64,000 nucleotides of DNA from contig JAGOBM010000003.1 of the NCBI GenBank assembly GCA_017983435.1, positions 4,786 through 68,785 on the forward strand, written 5' to 3'. Within the stretch, counting starts at the first letter, position 1. Every line of letters begins with the position of its first letter. This DNA comes from Candidatus Moraniibacteriota bacterium (GTDB taxonomy: Bacteria; Patescibacteriota; Minisyncoccia; Moranbacterales; UBA1568). The notes below the pieces were generated by a model. The model had not been told where the DNA came from. It saw nothing but the letters and a program-made list of their open reading frames with translations, and did not search any database. Of the stretch, positions 57,931 through 64,000 are shown one piece after another. Position numbers and translations under genes: made by a program.

Positions 57931-58005
57931 TGGCTCCGACGGCTGGATTCGAACCAGCGACCAAGTGGTTAACAGCCACCTGCTCTACCACTGAGCTACG
58001 TCGGA
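57931..58005 (-). tRNA. tRNA-Asn (anticodon GUU), CCA encoded
   Basis: Hand-folded cloverleaf: acceptor UCCGACG/CGUCGGA, D-arm GCUC-AGUGGUA-GAGC, anticodon arm GGUGG-CUGUUAA-CCACU, T-arm GCUGG-UUCGAAU-CCAGC, discriminator G, CCA. Confidence 0.85.
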
Positions 58006-58129
58006 AGGTAAATTATTGCCCTTTACGGCAACGGTCCTATGGTATCGAAAAGGGAAGAAAAAGGCAAGCCTCAGCCAGAACAAAAGAAATCCCCGACTCT
58101 CGATGAGAGCGGGGATGGTACGGCTATGA

Positions 58130-58390
58130 TCAGCCGAAAGCAGCTGCGAAGCCGCTCGGTGATGCTGGGAGAAACCCCATATCGGCCATGAGCGCGAGGG
58201 TCTTCTCGGCTTCTCCGATATTGAGCTTCTGGAGCGCGTAGCCGACATGGACGATGACATAATCGCCGACCGCGATATCTTCGACGAGCGCGAGCGAGAT
58301 CTGTTTCTTGACCCCGCTGATATCGACCGTCGCCATATCGGATCCGTCGTTGGCCAGCGCGACAACTTCCGCTGGGATACTGAGACACAT
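58130..58390 (-). CDS. hypC: hydrogenase maturation factor HypC/HupF
   Basis: N-terminal MCLSIP signature, 86 aa. Confidence 0.8.
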   Translation of the reverse strand: MCLSIPAEVVALANDGSDMATVDISGVKKQISLALVEDIAVGDYVIVHVGYALQKLNIGEAEKTLALMADMGFLPASPSGFAAAFG

Positions 58391-58435
58391 AATGGACTCC
58401 TTTCGTAAAAAGAACTTGGGTGTTGAGCCCTGGCA

Positions 58436-59062
58436 TTATACCAGGCCGGAGGCGATTTGGAGAGACGGCATCGGCTTCTCGAAATGCTGATAATCTTTGA
58501 AGTCTGACCAATGCCCTCCCCAGACGAAGCCACGATCGAGAAAGAGCCGGACGATAGGGGCGCCGTCGATGACCGTCCCGTACACGGTGGGATCGTAGCG
58601 CGACCCGAGCGGGGCGACATAGTTGCCGCTCCGGATGCACGGGTTGTGCCACGGATTGATATCGATAGCCAGCCCGTAGCCATGCCAGGAAATACGGTCG
58701 GTCCCGTCTATCAGACGATAGTTGAAACCGGTCGTATTGTTGTCATGCATCGACCGGTCATCGTCCCAGCCATACCGCGGGTCAGCCAGAGGGATCATCT
58801 TCGCGATGGGAAAATCGATAGCTAGGAGCGCGAGAAATATCTCCTCGACCTCCCGGGCAATCATCTCATGCACGACGATCTGACCGATGTGGCACCGCCC
58901 ATCGAATGAGTGATACGGAACCTCTATCAGTCGCTGCGCTGCCAGGATGATTTTTGGACACGGCGGTATGGCTGGTTTGTGGCTTGTAGAAGAACTATGG
59001 CGAGTCATGACACTTTCCTCCTCATAGGTGATTCGCGCATACAAAGTAGCATATGGCGCCAT
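58436..59062 (-). CDS. M15-family metallopeptidase (VanY-like D-Ala-D-Ala carboxypeptidase)
   Basis: SWHGYGLAIDIN (SxHxxGxAxD) motif. The true start may be the internal MTRHSSS. Confidence 0.7.
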   Translation of the reverse strand: MAPYATLYARITYEEESVMTRHSSSTSHKPAIPPCPKIILAAQRLIEVPYHSFDGRCHIGQIVVHEMIAREVEEIFLALLAIDFPIAKMIPLADPRYGWDDDRSMHDNNTTGFNYRLIDGTDRISWHGYGLAIDINPWHNPCIRSGNYVAPLGSRYDPTVYGTVIDGAPIVRLFLDRGFVWGGHWSDFKDYQHFEKPMPSLQIASGLV

Positions 59063-59121
59063 AAAAGCAAAATCGGCGCCGGAATAGCGCCGATAATGCG
59101 AGAGAAAACCAGGTAAATTCC

Positions 59122-60546
59122 TTAGTAGTCCTTGAGCTTCTTCAGGTGATCGTGTTCACGGATCTTCTCGAGGGCCTTGGCCTCGATCTGGCGGATACGC
59201 TCACGGGTCACGCCGAATTCCTGGCCGACTTCCTCGAGCGTATGGGTCACGCCGTCCTCGAGTCCGAAGCGGATGCGGAGTATCTTCTGCTCACGCGGTG
59301 TCAGCTCATTCAGGATATCCGTGATGTGCTGCTTCAAGAGCTTGCGGGAAGCCGACTGGTTCGGCATCACCGTCTCGGTATCCTCGATGAAATCTCCGAG
59401 TACCGAGTCATCCTCGCTATCACCGACGCTGGTCTCGAGCGAGACGGTCTCCTGTGAGATCTTCTGGATATGGCGGATCTTGTCGACTTCGATATTCATT
59501 TCCGCGGCGATCTCCTCAGCGAGCGGCTCACGGCCGAGCTCCTGCACCAGCCGGCGGGTCACCTGGGCATACTTGTTGATCGTCTCCACCATGTGCACCG
59601 GGATACGGATAGTCCGCGACTGGTCAGCCAGCGCACGGGTAATCGCCTGACGAATCCACCAGGTAGCATAGGTCGAGAACTTGAAGCCTTTCTGATAATC
59701 GAATTTCTCCACGGCGCGGAACAGACCGATATTCCCCTCCTGGATGAGATCGAGGAGTGACAGATTGTGCGAGCGGCCGACATACTTCTTGGCGATCGAC
59801 ACCACGAGCCGAAGATTGGCCTCTGTGAGGCGCTGTTTGGCATTGAGATCGCCCTTCTCAATCGCCTTGGCGAGCTTGACCTCCTCTTCACCGTTCAGGA
59901 GCGGCACCCGGCCGATTTCCTTGAGATACATCTGGACCAAGTCGGCGGACACTTCATCCTCGCCCATGTCGATCAGACGCTCCTTGGCTTTGGCAGCTTC
60001 CTTGGCGCTCTTGTCATGACCATACTTCTCGCCTTCTTTGACAGTCTCGATCTTGAGCATCTCCTCCGATCCGACGATACGGATACCGCCGGTCTCGAGC
60101 TTCTCATAGAGCGCTTCGAGACCTTCGAGATCCTGCTCGACATCCGGCAGGATATGAATGATCTCATCTTCCGTCACGAAGCCGCGCTGCTTGCCGCGAG
60201 CCAGGAGCTCATCGACCGCGTTCTTCTGAGCGGCTGCTCGATTTTCCTGCTTGGCGATCGCTTTCTTCGAAATCGGCTTGACGACCTTCTTCGGTGCTGG
60301 CTTGGCAGCCTTTTTCGGAGCGACTTTCTTCGGCTTGGCAGCTGGCTTCACCACTTTCTTGACCGGCTTCTTCGCTACTTTCTTCGGTGCTGGCTTGGCA
60401 GCTTTCTTGTGAGCGACCGGCTTCTTCGCCGGCTTGTGCTTCACGGCCGGCTTGACCGCTTTCTTGGCGGCTTTTTTGACAGCCTTGTGCACGACCTTTT
60501 TGACCGGCTTGTTTACTTTCTTCGCCGCGACTTTCTTCTGTGCCAT
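59122..60546 (-). CDS. rpoD: primary sigma factor RpoD with an approximately 105-aa Lys/Ala/Pro-rich basic N-terminal extension
   Basis: Regions 2-4 conserved ([53 protein letters not shown]). The N-terminus consists of [10 protein letters not shown]-type repeats. Confidence 0.9.
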   Translation of the reverse strand: MAQKKVAAKKVNKPVKKVVHKAVKKAAKKAVKPAVKHKPAKKPVAHKKAAKPAPKKVAKKPVKKVVKPAAKPKKVAPKKAAKPAPKKVVKPISKKAIAKQENRAAAQKNAVDELLARGKQRGFVTEDEIIHILPDVEQDLEGLEALYEKLETGGIRIVGSEEMLKIETVKEGEKYGHDKSAKEAAKAKERLIDMGEDEVSADLVQMYLKEIGRVPLLNGEEEVKLAKAIEKGDLNAKQRLTEANLRLVVSIAKKYVGRSHNLSLLDLIQEGNIGLFRAVEKFDYQKGFKFSTYATWWIRQAITRALADQSRTIRIPVHMVETINKYAQVTRRLVQELGREPLAEEIAAEMNIEVDKIRHIQKISQETVSLETSVGDSEDDSVLGDFIEDTETVMPNQSASRKLLKQHITDILNELTPREQKILRIRFGLEDGVTHTLEEVGQEFGVTRERIRQIEAKALEKIREHDHLKKLKDY

Positions 60547-60700
60547 ACCGTTGTTTGCTTACGACATTATTTTACAAAAAAATACGGACCGACTGCCGGC
60601 CGCCTCAATACTCATGAGTGGGGAGCATACCAAAGATTGATAAAAATTGAAAGTCTGTCCCCTCAGAGACCAATGAGGTTTTTCCTGCTGCCTGACTTTT

Positions 60701-60781
60701 CCAGAAAGATACAATAGACTTTTCCCTCGCTATCGCCTCGGAAGTCTCGGGCAGCGGAAAAAATCCATTGTATCTTTCTGG
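60701..60781. repeat. long-hairpin repeat, copy 3 (same conserved core, different covarying stem), plus a partial inverted copy at about 60675-60700
   Basis: Arms CCAGAAAGATACAATAGACTTTTCCC and GGAAAAAATCCATTGTATCTTTCTGG enclose the core TCGCTATCGCCTCGGAAGTCTCGGGCAGC. Confidence 0.6.
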
Positions 60782-60792
60782 AATCTAATCCG

Positions 60793-62610
60793 TTACCGAT
60801 TCTCCCGCGAGAGGAGCATGAACCGCGAGAGGAGCTCCTTCTCCTGGTCTTTCTCCCCTGACTTCCGGGCAGCCTCGATGGCATGCTCGAGCGCGATGAG
60901 CTCTTCGCTCCGGATGACTTCTTTCTTGATATCCCGGGTCAGCTGATCAAAAATCGCGATCGCTGCGGCTGCGCGCTCCTCCTCGGGAACCGCGGAAAAA
61001 TCCGGACCGTCGAGGATACGGAACAGGAGCTTCCCCGCGAGCGACTTAAGCTCTTTGTCCTCGACCAAATCGATCGGATCGCTGTCATCGCCCGCCTGGA
61101 CGATGAAGAAATACAGCGGATGCTTCTCGAGATAGCGGAGAACCGTCTCGTCATCGAGCTCGATACCGCGCGTACGCACCGCACCAAACGCGAGCATGAG
61201 ACTGATCATCTCTTCCCGCAGGCGCTCGCTCCGCTTGGTATAGAGCGTCGTCGTTTCTTTGAAAGGATCTTTCCCGTCGGATGGGAGATTCTGCGTCCGC
61301 TTCTCCCGCTCGACACGGGCACTATGTACTACACCGTGGAGATGCTTTTCTTCCACCCGGATCGCCTGGGCGAGCTCCTTGATCCAGTACGACCGGTCGA
61401 TCTCATTTTTCGCCGCCCCGATAAACGGTACGAATTGCGCGAGCACTTCTTTCTTCCCGGCCGGTGTCTCGATATCGTGCCGACTCACGAGCTGCGCGAG
61501 GAAATATTGGAGCGCCGGCTCCGGATGAGCGATCGCATCACGGAGCGCATCCGGATGTTCACGGGCCAGATCGGCCGCATCCTTGCCCTCCGGAATCGAG
61601 ATGATGAGCGCTTCGATATCCTGTCCGAGCGCGAGCTCCGTGCTCCGGCGGGCCGCTTTCTGCCCCGCCTCATCCATATCAAAGAAGAACCGGATTTCCT
61701 TGCCATAGCGCCGCAGGAGCGCGAGCTGCTCTTCGCCGAGCGCCGTCCCCGAGGCCGCGACCGCGTTCTCGATACCCGCCTGATGACACGCGATGACATC
61801 CATATTCCCCTCGACCAGCACCGTGTAGCCCTCCTGTTTGATCGCCTGCCGGGCATACGAAAGTCCGTAGAGCACCTGGCTCTTTTTGTAGATCGGTGTC
61901 TCCGATGTATTGATATATTTCGCCTGGGTCTCATCCGCTCCCGGCCGGACACGGGCCGAATACCCGATCACTCGCCCGATCGTATCGGTGATCGGAAACA
62001 TGATCCGATCCCGGAACCGGTCATAGTATCCGTCGCCATTCTCCTTCTTGAGCGCGATACCCGCCTGGGCGAGCTCGCGGGCATCGAATCCCGACTTCAC
62101 GAGGAAATCATACAGATGGCGCCACCCCTCCGGAGCGAATCCGAGACGGAATTTCCGGATACTCTCATCCGACAAACCCCGATCACGCAGATAGCTGAGC
62201 GCGAGCTCCTTGCCCGGCCCCTCCCAGAGCTGCTTCTCATAGAACTTCGTCGCAAGCTCGTGGATCTCATAGAGCCGAGACTTCTCGTCGCGGGCTTCCT
62301 GATAGCGCTCTTTGGATTCCTGACTGTACTGCGGCAGCTCGACATTGGCCCGCTCAGCCAGCATGATGAGTGCCTCGCGGAAGCCGATACCCTCCATTTC
62401 CATGACGAAGGCAAAGGCATCGCCACCCTTGTTGCAGCCGAAACAGTGCCACATCTGGCGCTCTTCATTCACCATAAAAGACGGCGAGCGCTCGCGATGA
62501 AACGGACAGCACGCCTTCCAGTGGCTGCCTGATTTGTCGAGCTTCACATAGCCGGCGACTACGTCGACGATATTGAGCCGAGCCTTGATTTCTTCGGTAG
62601 GAGAAAGCAT
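60793..62610 (-). CDS. dnaG: DNA primase
   Basis: Zinc ribbon CCPFHRERSPSF...HCFGC and TOPRIM EGNMDVI. Start set at MLSPTEEIKARL. Confidence 0.85.
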   Translation of the reverse strand: MLSPTEEIKARLNIVDVVAGYVKLDKSGSHWKACCPFHRERSPSFMVNEERQMWHCFGCNKGGDAFAFVMEMEGIGFREALIMLAERANVELPQYSQESKERYQEARDEKSRLYEIHELATKFYEKQLWEGPGKELALSYLRDRGLSDESIRKFRLGFAPEGWRHLYDFLVKSGFDARELAQAGIALKKENGDGYYDRFRDRIMFPITDTIGRVIGYSARVRPGADETQAKYINTSETPIYKKSQVLYGLSYARQAIKQEGYTVLVEGNMDVIACHQAGIENAVAASGTALGEEQLALLRRYGKEIRFFFDMDEAGQKAARRSTELALGQDIEALIISIPEGKDAADLAREHPDALRDAIAHPEPALQYFLAQLVSRHDIETPAGKKEVLAQFVPFIGAAKNEIDRSYWIKELAQAIRVEEKHLHGVVHSARVEREKRTQNLPSDGKDPFKETTTLYTKRSERLREEMISLMLAFGAVRTRGIELDDETVLRYLEKHPLYFFIVQAGDDSDPIDLVEDKELKSLAGKLLFRILDGPDFSAVPEEERAAAAIAIFDQLTRDIKKEVIRSEELIALEHAIEAARKSGEKDQEKELLSRFMLLSRENR

Positions 62611-62805
62611 ATATTTCGTCTTTCGACGGTAGCACACAATCGCGTATCCGTCATTACTCAAAACCGAGAGGGGAAACCGCGTCATCGCTTAGCTTCAAAG
62701 GAGTTTTTCCGATGCCGTGTTCCGACGCCAAGCAAGGAAAAAATTCTTTGAAGCTAAACGATTCCTGGACAAAACAAAAACCGCCTCGCGGCGGCTCTGA
62801 TCAGT

Positions 62806-63627
62806 CTATTGTTTGGCGGCTGCCGGTGCCGCGCTATTACCGATGACTACCAGGATATCTGTGCCTTCCGGCACCGTCTCTCCGGCCGGCAATGAGCCGA
62901 CCGTCCCGCCGATCGCCATGGCGACTTCGCTTGCCTTGATCGCTGCCCGACCGGTCACATCGGCGATGATAGTGCCGACATAGTCGCTCTTCGAGGCTTT
63001 TTCCTTGGCCGTCACCGTTACGCCATCAGGATAGGCAGCCACGAGCCTATCTTCCGCAGCCTGCGTCACCCCTATCTTGGTCGACCCGTTGAGAAAGACC
63101 ACTTTGGCCGGCTCAGCCACGGCGGCTGTCTCTACCGGTGTCTCCGCTGGAGTCTCTTCGGTCACCGGCACTGCTTCCGGAGCGACCGGCGTCTCCGAAG
63201 GAGCAGCACTCTCCGGCGTTTCCGATGGTGTCGTTTCGTTTTGGATATTGATTGTCGTTACATCGACGATCTTGCCGCTCGATGGACGATAGAGTACCGC
63301 TCGGCCGGATTCGGTATAGATGAGGATCTTGTCCCCATTCTCCGCGTTCTTGAAAAACGCCTGCTCAGAGAGCTTCTCCTTGTCAGCCACCGTGGCCAAA
63401 GTCGGCGTCTCACCCGCTGGGAGCTCCATCAGCCGCTCGACTTGCCCAAGCACCTCCGCGAGCTCATTCTGCTGCGACCCCTTCTCGGAGAGCGCCGTCC
63501 GATACTGCGTATAGAAGAACACCGCCGCGCCAAGAGACAAGAGAGAAATAACCCCCGCCACCCCCATGAATACTGTATGGGTGCGACCAAAAGATCCGCC
63601 TGCTACTGTTTCTTCAGAAGACGCCAT
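62806..63627 (-). CDS. membrane-anchored protein with a C-terminal LytR_C-like domain
   Basis: N-terminal TM, Pro/Thr/Glu-rich linker, and C-terminal VVFLNGSTKIGVTQAAEDRL, typical of LytR_C. Confidence 0.5.
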   Translation of the reverse strand: MASSEETVAGGSFGRTHTVFMGVAGVISLLSLGAAVFFYTQYRTALSEKGSQQNELAEVLGQVERLMELPAGETPTLATVADKEKLSEQAFFKNAENGDKILIYTESGRAVLYRPSSGKIVDVTTINIQNETTPSETPESAAPSETPVAPEAVPVTEETPAETPVETAAVAEPAKVVFLNGSTKIGVTQAAEDRLVAAYPDGVTVTAKEKASKSDYVGTIIADVTGRAAIKASEVAMAIGGTVGSLPAGETVPEGTDILVVIGNSAAPAAAKQ

Positions 63628-63683
63628 AGGATAACAACATTAGAGATATACCAGCAGTATACCAGATTCTTTGGGACCGAGGC

Positions 63684-64000
63684 TTATGACCCGTCACGCT
63701 CGATATCGATATCGCTCGTCATCTCGATGATTTTGCCCGTCGATGGCCGATAGAGATAGGCTCTTGATGCATGCGGGTAGATAAGGATCTTGTCGCCCTG
63801 CTCCGCTTTTTGGAAAAACGCCTGTCCATCGAGCTTCTCGCGATTCGTCACCGTCGCGAGCGTCGGTCGCTCACCGCGAGGCAGCATCACTCGCTCTCCG
63901 ATGACGGTCACCCAGCGGGTCACCTCTCGCCGCTGCTGCGCTTCAGGAGAGAAGAATGACTGGTACGCGAAATACGCCGCGAGACCGAGCGCGACGACGA
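63684..64000 (-). CDS. truncated paralogue of the N-terminal region of 62806-63627 (partial; 5' end beyond the window)
   Basis: Frame stays open past 63923 to the window edge and encodes a TM helix (VVALGLAAYFAY). The LPRGERPTLATV...GDKILIY...LYRPSTGKI segment parallels the downstream gene. Confidence 0.4.
   Translation of the reverse strand, partial: VVALGLAAYFAYQSFFSPEAQQRREVTRWVTVIGERVMLPRGERPTLATVTNREKLDGQAFFQKAEQGDKILIYPHASRAYLYRPSTGKIIEMTSDIDIERDGS

Noticed and set aside
60883-62532. 549-aa plus-strand ORF antisense to dnaG. Similar long antisense ORFs include 30717-32243 (508 aa) inside pilB, 42350-43528 (392 aa) antisense to the HAD/SRPBCC genes, 16639-17394 and 16923-17708 inside the RND pump gene, and 59767-60717 (316 aa) inside rpoD.
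   Set aside because: Arg/Leu/Asp-rich low-complexity translations typical of stop-codon-poor antisense frames in GC-rich DNA; the sense-strand products have clear conserved motifs.
1-64000. CRISPR arrays, integrases, transposases, rRNA genes.
   Set aside because: No regularly spaced direct repeats. No ORF has recognisable tyrosine- or serine-recombinase or DDE motifs, and no rRNA-like sequence is present. The mobile-element interpretations therefore rest on repeat and composition evidence only.

Overview
This 64-kb window is densely coding and mostly minus-strand, from a GC-rich bacterial genome. Identifications are by eye from motifs; no database searches were run. The gene content (a secretin-less type IV pilus locus, a minimal [NiFe]-hydrogenase, few biosynthetic genes) is reminiscent of an uncultured, possibly Patescibacteria/CPR-like lineage, but the lineage cannot be established from this window. 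Housekeeping backbone: gpmI 3' end, clpP-tig, ppa, nusA, lgt, mutY, mnmA, an RND efflux pair, rsgA, rpoD, dnaG. Embedded loci: (i) a type IV pilus locus with PilB, PilC, four pseudopilins, a PilX-like protein and two major-pilin paralogues, with pilT about 10 kb away; (ii) a two-subunit [NiFe]-hydrogenase with an HycI-like protease, with hypC and a NikM/PDGLE nickel-uptake pair elsewhere in the window; (iii) a SET-domain gene bracketed by inverted copies of a long-hairpin repeat that recurs upstream of rpoD; (iv) a MacAB-like ABC exporter next to an ECF sigma/anti-sigma pair; (v) a dioxygenase/ADH/CbiM region carrying an 80-bp direct duplication; (vi) a roughly 9.3-kb low-GC accretion island at about 48.7-57.9 kb, abutting tRNA-Asn(GUU) and subdivided by nested copies of the tRNA-proximal terminator and degenerate tRNA 3'-end repeats. 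Island cargo includes Fic, HIT, a fatty-acid desaturase, and an inositol-3-phosphate synthase/NUDIX/GT4/nucleotidyltransferase module. No integrase, transposase or CRISPR array was recognised. Coordinates of short repeats are hand-counted and may be off by 2-3 nt.
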